A DNA stretch of 64,000 bases, from contig CBDDIW010000002.1 of assembly GCA_965229245.1 (NCBI GenBank), positions 97,017-161,016 on the forward strand, read 5' to 3'. Below are positions 19,147-28,739 of the stretch, piece after piece. The stretch is from Verrucomicrobiales bacterium. Its GTDB lineage: Bacteria; Verrucomicrobiota; Verrucomicrobiia; Verrucomicrobiales; V1-33. The notes beneath the pieces are model-generated. The model was not told the DNA's origin. It searched no databases and worked only from the letters and a program-made list of their open reading frames with translations. How positions within the stretch are numbered: position 1 is the stretch's first letter; the number at the start of each line of letters is the position of its first letter. Position numbers and translations under genes: made by a program.

Positions 19147-20754
19147 ATGAAGAAACCGTTGTCAGGAATGATCAGAAAAGCAGGGGCCCTCGGCCTCGGG
19201 CTGTGCGGGCTCACCGCCGCCCAGGCCCAGGTGTTCACGAACGCCGATGCCTACACGATGCCCACGTGGCACAGCCCCTACACGGTGGAGCCCATCCTGA
19301 GCGCGGCGGACACCGTTCCCCGCACCTCCGCCGCCGCCCAGCAATACCAGATGGTGGGCATTCCGGACGGGATCGGCGTGTATCAGCAGAACCAATACAC
19401 GGCCATGCTCTATATGAACCACGAGTTCACGAACACGAACCTGAGCCGTCCGGTGATCGGTGAGTCCCGCGTGAAAGGGGCTTTCGTGAGCGCCTACCGC
19501 ATCGACCGCCAGCGCCGCGGCATCCTGTCCGGGGACCTCGCCTTCTCCCAGGTCTATATCGACAACACCCTCTACGGCCCAATCTCCCGGGAGGACAACA
19601 GCACGCCTCCCTTCACCCGCTTCTGCTCCGGCAACATGTCCGGAGCCCGCGAAGGCTTTGACCGCAACATCTACTTCTGCGGCGAGGAAAGCGAAACCGG
19701 CACCTTTGACCCTCGCGCCGGCTCCGCCGTGGCGGTTTTCGACGGCATCGCCCACGTGCTGCCCTCCATGGGCCACCTGCCCTGGGAAAACCTCCTCCCC
19801 ATGCCCCGCGTGGACACCGGGCTCTATGCCAACAAGACGGTGATCATGCTCATGGAGGACGGCCCCGCCGCCTCTCCCTATTGCGGTCTTTTCCTCTACG
19901 TGGGCACCAAGAATAAATCCAGCGCTGACCCGATCGTGAGAAACGGGCTCAGCGGCGGTGAGTTCTACGTTCTGCGCAGCCTGGACGAAGACTACAACGG
20001 CGAGACCGACTTCTACGGAGAAGGCAGCGCCGTGCAGGCCGAGTGGGTGCGCATCCCGAACATCGCCCCGAAGACCTATTCCCAGCTGAAGACGGCCGCG
20101 GTGAACCAGGACTTCTTCCGCTTCAGCCGCCCTGAAGACGGCGCGTGGAGCAAGACCAGCAAGTTTGACTACTACTTCGCCACCACCGGCGGAGACACCT
20201 CCTCCTCCGTGGGGGCGAACAAGCTGGGCCGCGTTTACCACGTGACCATGGACCAGAACAACCCCCTCGGCTACGTGACCCTGGAGATCGTGGCGGACGC
20301 GAACCACAGCAATCACGCGGACCTGCCGGTCTCCCCGGACAACCTCGACACCAGCGCCCGCTACCTGATGGTGGACGAAGACGGTCACGCGGACTCCCGC
20401 CCGGTGATGGCCCAGCGGAACCGCGACGGCTCCATCTGGCGCTATGACCTCTGGGACATCACCGCTCCCCCGGAGCGCGTGGCCGGTCTCACCGCCATCG
20501 GTCGTGATGGTGTGTATGCCAACCCCGGTCTGGTGACCACCCCCGCCACCCTTCCCTCCACCACCACGTTCACCACCTCCAAATACACGCCGAATCAGCG
20601 TGGTATCTGGGAAACGACCGGTGTGGTGGACACGAGCAGCATGTTCGGAGACGGCACTTTCGTCTTCAACGTGCAGGCCCACAGCCCCACGGCCGCCCCT
20701 GGCGACAACACCGTGGAGGACGGCCAGCTCCTGATCCTCTTGCCCTCCAATTGA
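19147..20754 (+). CDS. PhoX-like (DUF839) secreted phosphatase, beta-propeller
   Basis: PDGIG, MNHE, RFCSG, GEE, WEN, RPEDG, SPDNL, EDG, WETTG, NVQAH motifs; Sec-type signal peptide. Confidence 0.85.
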   Translation: MKKPLSGMIRKAGALGLGLCGLTAAQAQVFTNADAYTMPTWHSPYTVEPILSAADTVPRTSAAAQQYQMVGIPDGIGVYQQNQYTAMLYMNHEFTNTNLSRPVIGESRVKGAFVSAYRIDRQRRGILSGDLAFSQVYIDNTLYGPISREDNSTPPFTRFCSGNMSGAREGFDRNIYFCGEESETGTFDPRAGSAVAVFDGIAHVLPSMGHLPWENLLPMPRVDTGLYANKTVIMLMEDGPAASPYCGLFLYVGTKNKSSADPIVRNGLSGGEFYVLRSLDEDYNGETDFYGEGSAVQAEWVRIPNIAPKTYSQLKTAAVNQDFFRFSRPEDGAWSKTSKFDYYFATTGGDTSSSVGANKLGRVYHVTMDQNNPLGYVTLEIVADANHSNHADLPVSPDNLDTSARYLMVDEDGHADSRPVMAQRNRDGSIWRYDLWDITAPPERVAGLTAIGRDGVYANPGLVTTPATLPSTTTFTTSKYTPNQRGIWETTGVVDTSSMFGDGTFVFNVQAHSPTAAPGDNTVEDGQLLILLPSN

Positions 20755-20766
20755 CATGGGCCTCCT

Positions 20767-20817
20767 GGCGGCGGGGCGGCGCACCACGTGCGCGCCCCGC
20801 CGCCTTTCTCCTTTTTT
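20767..20817 (+). terminator. Strong hairpin / possible terminator or attenuator after the PhoX-like gene
   Basis: ggcggcggggcg(g)cgcac-cac-gtgcgcgccccgccgcc followed by tttctcctttttt. Confidence 0.6.
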
Positions 20818-20838
20818 ATTCCTCATCTTTTTCTGTTC

Positions 20839-21597
20839 ATGAAGAAATCCCTCATCCTCACTCTCGCCGTTTCCCTCGCCTCCACCGCCGCTTCCCGCGC
20901 CGCCATTTCCGCCGCCGGGGACATCATGTTCACGGGCTTCAATTCGGATGGCAACGACGACCTCGCTTTCGTGCTGTTGAACGATTACACGGCCAACACG
21001 CCTATCTATTTCTCGGACAATGAGTGGGACGGCACCGCCTGGTCGGATGACGGCGAGACCTTTTTCCACTGGTCCAGCTCCACCAATCTTTCCGCCGGCA
21101 CGCTCATTACTCTCAGTTCCCTGAGCGCCGGCACCATCATCGCCAACAGCGGCTCCGCCTCCTTTGACAGTGGCTCGAACTTCGGTCTCGCCGCGAGCAA
21201 TGAAGCGGTCTATGTGTATGTGGGAGCGTCTTTCGACACGGCCACGCCGACGTTCATCACCGCCTTCGCGAACAGCGGATTTGTGAGCGTGCCCACGGGT
21301 TCTCTCGCCAACACCGGGCTCACCGCGGGTGTCAACGCCACGGTCTTCACTGACGGCTCCGATATCTTCGCCTACACGGGCGACCGTTCCTCCCAGACCA
21401 GCTGGGCCGCGTATCGCGCGCTGCTCGCGGGCACGGGCAACTGGATCAAAGAGGATGGCTCCGGGGATCAATCCATCAATGGCACCGCTCCGGATGTGCC
21501 GTTCAACCCCACCAACTTCACCCTCGCCGTGCCGGAGCCGGGCAGTGCCGTGCTGGCGCTTCTGGGTCTCGCGGTGCTGAGCCGCAGGAAACGGTAA
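20839..21597 (+). CDS. PEP-CTERM sorting domain surface protein
   Basis: Signal peptide; C-terminal VPEP-GS, TM and RRKR; GDI.FTGFN.DG.D...IYFSDNEW domain. Confidence 0.92.
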   Translation: MKKSLILTLAVSLASTAASRAAISAAGDIMFTGFNSDGNDDLAFVLLNDYTANTPIYFSDNEWDGTAWSDDGETFFHWSSSTNLSAGTLITLSSLSAGTIIANSGSASFDSGSNFGLAASNEAVYVYVGASFDTATPTFITAFANSGFVSVPTGSLANTGLTAGVNATVFTDGSDIFAYTGDRSSQTSWAAYRALLAGTGNWIKEDGSGDQSINGTAPDVPFNPTNFTLAVPEPGSAVLALLGLAVLSRRKR

Positions 21598-21616
21598 CCT
21601 CAACTTCCCGCCCCTT

Positions 21617-22780
21617 ATGAAAAGACTCCTCGTCATGGCCCTGCTGACGGTCCCGGCATTCGCCGAGGACCCGGACGTGGCGGATGCCCGTATGGCCTCC
21701 CAGGCCGCCCAGACTTGCTTCCGCATTATCGAGGCAAACTACGCGGACTGCGTCACGCAGTCCCGTGCTTTGGAAAAAGCCATCACCGCCTTCACCGCGA
21801 AACCTTCCGCGACCACCCTGGCGGCGGCACGGAAGGCGTGGATCAAGGCGCGCGTTTCCTACGCTCCCAGCGAGGCCTACCGCTTTTGCGGGGGGCCTAT
21901 CGACGCGGAGGGAGGTCCGGAGGAGATGCTCAATGCGTGGCCCATCGACGAGGCGTACATCGACCGCGTGCCGGGCAGTGAGGTGGTATCCATCATCGAA
22001 AACGTGAAGGAATACCCGGTGATCGACGCGAAGACGCTGACGGAGTTGAACATGAAGGACGGGGAGAAGAACATCACCTGTGGCTGGCACGCGGTGGAAT
22101 TCCTGCTCTGGGGGCAGGACACCTCGGCCACCGGTCCGGGCAACCGGCCCCATACCGACTACACCACGGCTCCCAATGCCGCGCGGCGCCGCCAGTTCCT
22201 GACCGTGGCCACCAGCGAGATCATCCGCCACCTGCAGCCGCTGGACGAAGAGTGGAAGGAGGGAGTGAAGGGGAACTATCGCGCCAAACAGGAAGCCACG
22301 GACGCGGACGACGCCCTGCGCACCGTGGTGCGCGGCATGGTGACGCTGAGTGGATTCGAGCTCGCCAGTGAGCGCATCCGCGTGCCCTGTGAGACACATA
22401 TGCAGGAGGAGGAGCATTCCTGCTTCTCGGACACCACCACGGCGGACATTCAGGGGAACATTCAGGGAATGGTGAACCTCTGGCAGGGGAAATACCGCCG
22501 CCCCAACGGCACGGTCATCGAAGGAATGAGCATCAAGGATCTCACCGCCAAGCGCGACCCCGCGCTGGCCGCGGAGATCACCCGCATTCTGGAGGAATCC
22601 ACCACCATGGCCGCGAAGCTGCCGGTGCGTTTTGACCAGGCGATCCTGGAGCCGGACAGCGGCCCCGGGCAGCAGGCGCTGCGTCAGCTTTCCTCCCACA
22701 TGGAACTGCTCAGCCGTACGCTGAAACAGTTTGCCGCGCGCATGGGCCGTCCCTACACCCCCGCGGAGCTGGAAGGATGA
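21617..22780 (+). CDS. Imelysin family (IrpA/IcmP-like) iron-related periplasmic protein
   Basis: LNAWPIDEAYID, GWHAVEFLLWGQD (GxHxxE), QEEEHSCFSDTT. Confidence 0.93.
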   Translation: MKRLLVMALLTVPAFAEDPDVADARMASQAAQTCFRIIEANYADCVTQSRALEKAITAFTAKPSATTLAAARKAWIKARVSYAPSEAYRFCGGPIDAEGGPEEMLNAWPIDEAYIDRVPGSEVVSIIENVKEYPVIDAKTLTELNMKDGEKNITCGWHAVEFLLWGQDTSATGPGNRPHTDYTTAPNAARRRQFLTVATSEIIRHLQPLDEEWKEGVKGNYRAKQEATDADDALRTVVRGMVTLSGFELASERIRVPCETHMQEEEHSCFSDTTTADIQGNIQGMVNLWQGKYRRPNGTVIEGMSIKDLTAKRDPALAAEITRILEESTTMAAKLPVRFDQAILEPDSGPGQQALRQLSSHMELLSRTLKQFAARMGRPYTPAELEG

Positions 22781-24186
22781 AACGCGGAGCCATCATTCTC
22801 CTGGCGTCGCTGGCATGTGCCGGGGCGAAGGATCCCGGCGGGAAACGCGCGACGACGGTCTCCTCCATCTTCACCGGCGCGGACAGCGGCGGGGAGACCA
22901 CGGCCTACGCAAACGGAAAACGCGCGTATGCCTCGCCACTCGCGAATCTGGGAGAGGCCAACCGCGTGCGGCACACCGTGGGGAATTCGCTCTTCAACGA
23001 AAACTGGATCGCCGCGCCCGGTTCCGCCCAGGCGCGCGATGGCCTGGGACCGCTCTTCCACGCGCGGTCCTGTTCAAGCTGTCACGAACTGGATGGCCGC
23101 GGACAGCCACCGGGCCCGGGGGAGGTGATGACCTCCCTGCTGCTGCGCCTGAGCATTCCTGGAAAGACGGAAACCGGCGGCCCCCGCCCGGACCCGGTCT
23201 ATGGCACGCAGCTCGCCCCGCGGGCCCTTCCCGGCCTGGAGCCGGAGGCGACGGTCACCATGGAGGAGCAGGATGTGCCTGGCGCTTTTCCGGACGGCAC
23301 GACGTATGTCCTGAAACGTCCGGTCTATCATATCCGGGACTGGAACTACGGCGCGCCTTCCCCGGACCTCCTGATCAGCCCCCGAATTTCCCCGGCGGTT
23401 TTTGGGCTCGGACTGCTGGAAGCGGTACCGGAGGAAAAAATCCTGGCCCTGGCTGATCCCGATGACGCGGACGGCGACGGCATCTCCGGACGCGCGAACC
23501 GGGTGTGGAACCCGGAGACCCGCTCCCTGGCGCTGGGCCGTTTTGGCTGGAAGGCGAATACCGCTACCGTCCTCCAGCAGAGTGTGGATGCCGCCGCGAA
23601 CGATCTGGGCCTCACCAGCCCGCTCGCTCCCCAGGAGAACCATACCGCCGCGCAGACAAAGGCCGCGCGTTATCCCTCCGGCGGGAAAAACGGCGAGCCG
23701 GAGATCACCGGGCCAATGATGAACCAGATCGCGGTGTATTTAAAAACCCTGGCCCCGCCCGCGCGCCGGGGCGCGCTCCAGCTTCCCGTCCGGGAAGGCC
23801 AGCGGATGTTCCATGCCATTGGTTGCGCGGCTTGCCACCGGGCCACGCTCTCCACCGGCACGGGACCGGAGATCCTGCCGGAACTCGCGGGACAAAATGT
23901 CCACGCTTACACAGACCTGCTGCTCCATGACATGGGGCCGGGCCTCGCGGATGGACGCCCGGACTTCGAGGCCTCCGGCAGCGAATGGCGCACGCCTCCG
24001 CTGTGGGGACTGGGCCTGCAAATAACCGTTAACGGCCACGAGCGCCTGCTGCACGATGGCCGCGCGCGCGGCATGGAGGAGGCCATCCTCTGGCATGACG
24101 GCGAAGGCGCGGGTGCCCGCCAGCGCTACATGGAGATGCCAAAGGCGGACCGGGAAAAGGTGCTGGCTTTCCTCAGATCTCTTTGA
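22777..24186 (+). CDS. Di-heme oxidoreductase (DHOR/DUF1111 family)
   Basis: DGLGPLF..CSSCH, GLGLLEAVP, DPDDADGDGISGR, GRFGWKA, CAACH, WRTPPLWG, LLHDGRAR; ATGA overlap with imelysin. Confidence 0.93.
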   Translation: MKRGAIILLASLACAGAKDPGGKRATTVSSIFTGADSGGETTAYANGKRAYASPLANLGEANRVRHTVGNSLFNENWIAAPGSAQARDGLGPLFHARSCSSCHELDGRGQPPGPGEVMTSLLLRLSIPGKTETGGPRPDPVYGTQLAPRALPGLEPEATVTMEEQDVPGAFPDGTTYVLKRPVYHIRDWNYGAPSPDLLISPRISPAVFGLGLLEAVPEEKILALADPDDADGDGISGRANRVWNPETRSLALGRFGWKANTATVLQQSVDAAANDLGLTSPLAPQENHTAAQTKAARYPSGGKNGEPEITGPMMNQIAVYLKTLAPPARRGALQLPVREGQRMFHAIGCAACHRATLSTGTGPEILPELAGQNVHAYTDLLLHDMGPGLADGRPDFEASGSEWRTPPLWGLGLQITVNGHERLLHDGRARGMEEAILWHDGEGAGARQRYMEMPKADREKVLAFLRSL

Positions 24187-24200
24187 ACGCGACCGCCCGG

Positions 24201-27200
24201 TTATCGGGCCTGGACGCGAAGCCGGACATAGACACGCGGGCTGCCGCTGGTGATGGAGGCGTCCGGTTTTATGCGGATTTTGAGGAGCCCGCCGGGCAAT
24301 GCCTCCTCGCTCAGAGTGGTGAAAAGGGCGGCATTCGCGTTCCAGGTTTGGAGGTCCGTGCTCACTTCCGGGACTACCACGGTGTCATCCGCGGCGGCGG
24401 CTTTGATGAAGTAAAACGTGCCTCCGGTGCCCGGCTCCAGTTCCAGTTCAGGCCGGGACGCCGCCGAGGTATCGGAGGTGCCCAGGGCATATTCCAGGAG
24501 AGCACTGAAGCCGTCTCCATCCACATCCGCTCCCGCCGTGCCCGTAAATGGGAGGCCATTGTCCGCGATGCCGGGAGTGCCCCCATCAACAGTGCTGGCG
24601 CGCCAGTTACGGGGATCCGAGAGATCCAGCCCCGCGCGCGGCCTGATGAGCGTGAGGCTCGGTCCACTGCCATCCGCGAGAGGTGACCACTTTTCCCCGA
24701 AGGTGAAATCGAAGACGGCGGCATCCGCGTTCATGAAGGTGATCCGCTCACCCGCGTTGCTGAAATTGTCGAAGTAGATCCCCCCGATCTCGCGGTCCCA
24801 TCCGTAGGTCGCGCGGTGGGCGAATTCACTATCCACCAGCACCAGTCGCTGCCCCGGGGCCAGCAGGGTGTCCCGGTATTCGCTAAAGGCGAAGTCCACG
24901 CCCTGGGTGAAGCGGCAGCCCCGCAGATTCACGGCGGCGGCGGAGACGTTCATCAGTTCGATAAACTCTGTGTCCCCATCCCCGGCAGGATGAAAATGAA
25001 GCTCGGACGGCACCACGGATCCCGGGGGCACCGCCACGGAACCGATCGCCTGGAAGAAACCCTGCTGCAGCGCGCTCCAGTCCCCGGTCGCGTTGCGGGT
25101 ACGGCATTTGACGATGGTATTCACCGTCAACGGGATGCCGGCGGTCCATGTTTTAGCGGAGGAGGAAACCGTGCCGCCGGGCAGACGGGGGTCCGTGCCA
25201 TCCAATGTATAGAGAATGGTGGCCCCAGCCGGTGCATTCGTTACCGAAAGCCCGAGGGTGAATCCCTGGGCGAAGGTGCCCGCCGGCTGACTGAAGACGG
25301 GCGCATTGAGCGTGGGATAGAGCCCCGCGCTGCGGAACTGGGCGAGCACCGTGGCGGTGCGCCCGGGCATCCAGGAGTTTTTGCTGACATCACGGGCCGT
25401 GGCCCAGCTTGTGGGATTGCGGTAGTTCCATCGGGCGGACTCCGCGATGAACGCCCGTTCGATCTCCGAGCACATGGCCGTGAGCCGGGCGATATTCCGT
25501 GAGGGAGTGAGCGGGCCGTCGTTGAAAAGCGCCGCGTGAATGCGGTCCGCCAGCAGGATCTTAAAGTCGCTGCCACCAGTGAGCACCATGGCGCCAAAGA
25601 TGGACCCCGGCCCGTCCCCGGCGGCGCGCCCGGCATTGAAGGTAGCCCCGTTCAATGTCGAGGCCCGAGTGGTGTTGTTATCGTTTCCATCCCACACTGC
25701 GATGGTATTCCCGCTGCCCACCGAAAGCCAGCCATCGGCATCGTTCAACATGAAGCGGGAGCCGCTGCCCGGCCCCACGCTCCGGGCAGGGCTCACGCCT
25801 CGCCACTCGTCTTCACTGTTCCCGAACATCCACGTGATCATGAAATCCGTGTAGTCCGGGATGTCGATGAGCCCGCGCAGGTCACTATAATCGGTGCGGC
25901 GGGACTTGGCATATTCCCAGGCCGCTCCGTCCCCGTCGAAGGGCTGTCCCGGCGATGCCCAGCCGCCCACGTTGTAGTTCCCGTTGATGGCCTCGTAGTC
26001 CTCCTTTTGTCCGCCCAGATAGCCGGCATTCATGGCGGCATTCCAGCGCTCGCGCATGTGATAGAGCCCCCAGTAGGTGCCATTGAGATAGACATGCACG
26101 AACCTCCCGTGCGGCGCCAGATGGCCCATCTCCATGAGCACCTGATCCGTGAAAAGATTGCTCATGTAGAAGCCGCGCTCCACCATGTCGTGGCTGCCGC
26201 TGCGGAGCTCCAGGCTGTCGAACTCCTGGACCGCGTGGTGGCCATGCTCCGCGCCTTCGAAGAGCGGGGCCTTGAGTTTTTTATCCCCGTAGGCTCCGCG
26301 GAAATGCAGGCGGAAACTCTTCTTGGCGAAGTTCGTGAAGGCTCCGCCGAAGTAGTCCACACCCGTGCCCGCGTGCGCATTATTCGTGGGATCCGCCGGA
26401 TTGATGAACTCGAAGCTGGCCTCCGTTTCCGAGTCGTTATTGATGGCCGCGGTGCTGGGGGTCACCAGGGAAACGGTGGGCACATCCCGCAACGCCTGGG
26501 GAATCTGCGGCCCCCAAGTGGCATTGCCTGTAATGGCCGCCAGCATGGTGGATTGACCTGAAACGGAGGCTGGAAAGATATAGGTGTGAGTATCGGCATT
26601 ACTCGGGGCAGCGCCGCCGAGGAAAGCGGCGGCACGCAGCACGGTGGTGGCGGTCACCGGAATGGGAGCGGTATAGACCGTGCCGTTGGTTTCCGAGGGC
26701 TTTGTACCATTCACCGTGTAGCGGATTTGGGCTCCTGGCGTGGCACAGGTGATCGCCACGGATTGAGGCGTGGTATATAGCCCGCGCTTCACGCTGAAGG
26801 AAGTGTCCTCCACCACCGTGGTGAAACCCGTGGCCGCATTGGCGGCACCGGGCGTGGCCGGGCGGAAATAACGGAACTGCCCCGTGCCATCCAGCCCGTA
26901 GCTGGTATCGCGGTATTGCGCGGGAAAAGTAAGCGTGGCGGGATAGTCCGCGGGAATCCGGCTCCAGAGCACGCCTGCCGGGGAGTAGAGGGAAATCGTT
27001 TCCCCGGCCTTTTGCAGGGAGAAGTTCGTGTGCAGCGGGCTGCCCGCCTCCGCGCGATTTTTGTCAGAGGCGAAAACCACCAGGTATCCCTTGGGCGGGA
27101 TGGCGGCTCCCACCGGAAACGTCCATTTCGTTGAATTGTTAGGATTATCCGAAAGCCTGGCCCCCGCGAGCCCGAGGGTGAAAGTGTTGGGATTGTAAAG

Positions 27201-28532
27201 CTCCACCCAGTCCGGCTGGCTGCCATCCTCGTCCTCCAGGGAGCCGTCATTTTCCGCCATGATCTCATTGATCCGCGGAGGCTCCTGGACCGCGTCCACC
27301 GCCACGGTCACGGCGGCGGTGCTCGTTCCCGAGAGGCCGGTGGCAGTCAGCTTATAAGTCGTCAGGGTAGCGGGAGAAACGACCAGGCTGCCGGATGGCG
27401 AGGGGACCATGCCCACCCCCTGATCTATGGTCACACTGGTCGCGCCCTGGACACTCCAGGAAAGCGTGGCCTGCGTGGCCAGTCCGGGAGCGTTCACTTT
27501 CGTGATGTTCCCCGTATCCGTGGTGAAATACTTCACCGCCGGGGCCGGCGGACGATAAGCCTCGATCTCACTGAGCTGGGGGCCGTATTCCGTGTTACCC
27601 AGATTGATCACCCGCAGGAACCGGCCATGAAAGCTTCCCGTGCCCCCCTCCGCGCGAATAGTGTCCGCCTCCCCGGAGGCCGGAAATGTGCCGTCCGTGC
27701 GGAAATCCCCCGTCCAGGTCACCGCGCCCGGCGCGCCCGCGTTATCGGCATACAAGGCCACGCGATAGTTTGAGAAACGCTCCGGGCAGCATCCGTCCGC
27801 GCGGGCATAGAGCACCACGCGGTCCAGAGGATAGTCACTGAGAAAATCCACCTGATAATAAAACCCGCTGGAGGCCGCCGTGGCAGGATGGACGATGGTG
27901 GCGAGGCTGCCATCCGTCAGGTTTGTGACCGGCATGCCCGCAAAGGTGGGGCCACTGGAGGTCACCGGCTTCATGAACGCCACGTTCGCGGGGGATTCCT
28001 CCATGCTCCACGCCTGGACCTCCGCCGTCTGCACGGTGTAGGCGGAGCCGCTGATGTTCTCCAGCCGGATCCACTGTCCCGCGAAGGTGCCCGCGGCATC
28101 CAGGCCGGCCACCACGTCATCATAACCTCCACTGCCGGAGTTGGTGCCGTTCGCGCGGATCACCGCCGTCCAGACCGCCGTGGCGGCGGGAGCGCCCGCT
28201 CCATTATCCTGGAACAGGGAGACACGGTAGTTCGAGAGCCGTTCCGGGCAGCAGCCGGTGCGGTTGAAAATGCGCAAATGATCGAGCGTCCACGAGCGGC
28301 CCAGGTTGATATCGTAGCGAAACCCCTTCGTGGTCGCCATCGTGTCCGGGTGGGAAAACGTCTGGGTATCCCCGTCTGTAAGGTTGGAAGCCGGGTAGCC
28401 TCCGTATGTGGCCGCGGTGGTGGAGGTGGAGAAAGCCGTCGTCACCGGTTTCTTCAGGGCGGCGTTGATCTGCGCATGGACGGCACCTGTCAGAAAGAGA
28501 CAGAAAAGGATTTGGAGGAACAGGAGACGCAT
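24201..28532 (-). CDS. Large secreted protein: two F-type lectin/discoidin domains, lamin-tail domains, Fn3-associated domains and a CotH-like kinase
   Basis: Signal peptide; two NR/R..CCPER repeats; INEIMA...DWVELYN; IRYT.NG..P and ILYTLDGTDPR; KKSFRL.F, YLNGTYWGLY..RER; SELHFHP..EFIEL.N. Confidence 0.85.
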   Translation of the reverse strand: MRLLFLQILFCLFLTGAVHAQINAALKKPVTTAFSTSTTAATYGGYPASNLTDGDTQTFSHPDTMATTKGFRYDINLGRSWTLDHLRIFNRTGCCPERLSNYRVSLFQDNGAGAPAATAVWTAVIRANGTNSGSGGYDDVVAGLDAAGTFAGQWIRLENISGSAYTVQTAEVQAWSMEESPANVAFMKPVTSSGPTFAGMPVTNLTDGSLATIVHPATAASSGFYYQVDFLSDYPLDRVVLYARADGCCPERFSNYRVALYADNAGAPGAVTWTGDFRTDGTFPASGEADTIRAEGGTGSFHGRFLRVINLGNTEYGPQLSEIEAYRPPAPAVKYFTTDTGNITKVNAPGLATQATLSWSVQGATSVTIDQGVGMVPSPSGSLVVSPATLTTYKLTATGLSGTSTAAVTVAVDAVQEPPRINEIMAENDGSLEDEDGSQPDWVELYNPNTFTLGLAGARLSDNPNNSTKWTFPVGAAIPPKGYLVVFASDKNRAEAGSPLHTNFSLQKAGETISLYSPAGVLWSRIPADYPATLTFPAQYRDTSYGLDGTGQFRYFRPATPGAANAATGFTTVVEDTSFSVKRGLYTTPQSVAITCATPGAQIRYTVNGTKPSETNGTVYTAPIPVTATTVLRAAAFLGGAAPSNADTHTYIFPASVSGQSTMLAAITGNATWGPQIPQALRDVPTVSLVTPSTAAINNDSETEASFEFINPADPTNNAHAGTGVDYFGGAFTNFAKKSFRLHFRGAYGDKKLKAPLFEGAEHGHHAVQEFDSLELRSGSHDMVERGFYMSNLFTDQVLMEMGHLAPHGRFVHVYLNGTYWGLYHMRERWNAAMNAGYLGGQKEDYEAINGNYNVGGWASPGQPFDGDGAAWEYAKSRRTDYSDLRGLIDIPDYTDFMITWMFGNSEDEWRGVSPARSVGPGSGSRFMLNDADGWLSVGSGNTIAVWDGNDNNTTRASTLNGATFNAGRAAGDGPGSIFGAMVLTGGSDFKILLADRIHAALFNDGPLTPSRNIARLTAMCSEIERAFIAESARWNYRNPTSWATARDVSKNSWMPGRTATVLAQFRSAGLYPTLNAPVFSQPAGTFAQGFTLGLSVTNAPAGATILYTLDGTDPRLPGGTVSSSAKTWTAGIPLTVNTIVKCRTRNATGDWSALQQGFFQAIGSVAVPPGSVVPSELHFHPAGDGDTEFIELMNVSAAAVNLRGCRFTQGVDFAFSEYRDTLLAPGQRLVLVDSEFAHRATYGWDREIGGIYFDNFSNAGERITFMNADAAVFDFTFGEKWSPLADGSGPSLTLIRPRAGLDLSDPRNWRASTVDGGTPGIADNGLPFTGTAGADVDGDGFSALLEYALGTSDTSAASRPELELEPGTGGTFYFIKAAAADDTVVVPEVSTDLQTWNANAALFTTLSEEALPGGLLKIRIKPDASITSGSPRVYVRLRVQAR

Positions 28533-28739
28533 GAAGGGGAAGGCGGTTTCGAATGTCTCTACCACTGTCCGGAGGTTCGCGGACAGGAAATTCTTCTCAT
28601 TCGGCGGATGCCGGCACGGAACCGCACCCGCGTATGCCTGAAATTCACAATAAGGTTCGATGAAAGAGGACCGCGCCTGCGAATGGGATTTTGGTGGACA
28701 CTGGAGTCTTCAATCACACCGTCGCTATCAGCAACCACC

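Noticed and set aside
19162-21726. 854-aa minus-strand ORF
   Set aside because: Antisense shadow of the PhoX-like and PEP-CTERM genes in GC-rich DNA; no recognisable motifs.
27888-28739. N-terminal extension of the 910-aa ORF
   Set aside because: Overlaps the opposite-strand CotH gene; a clear signal peptide begins at ATG 28740.
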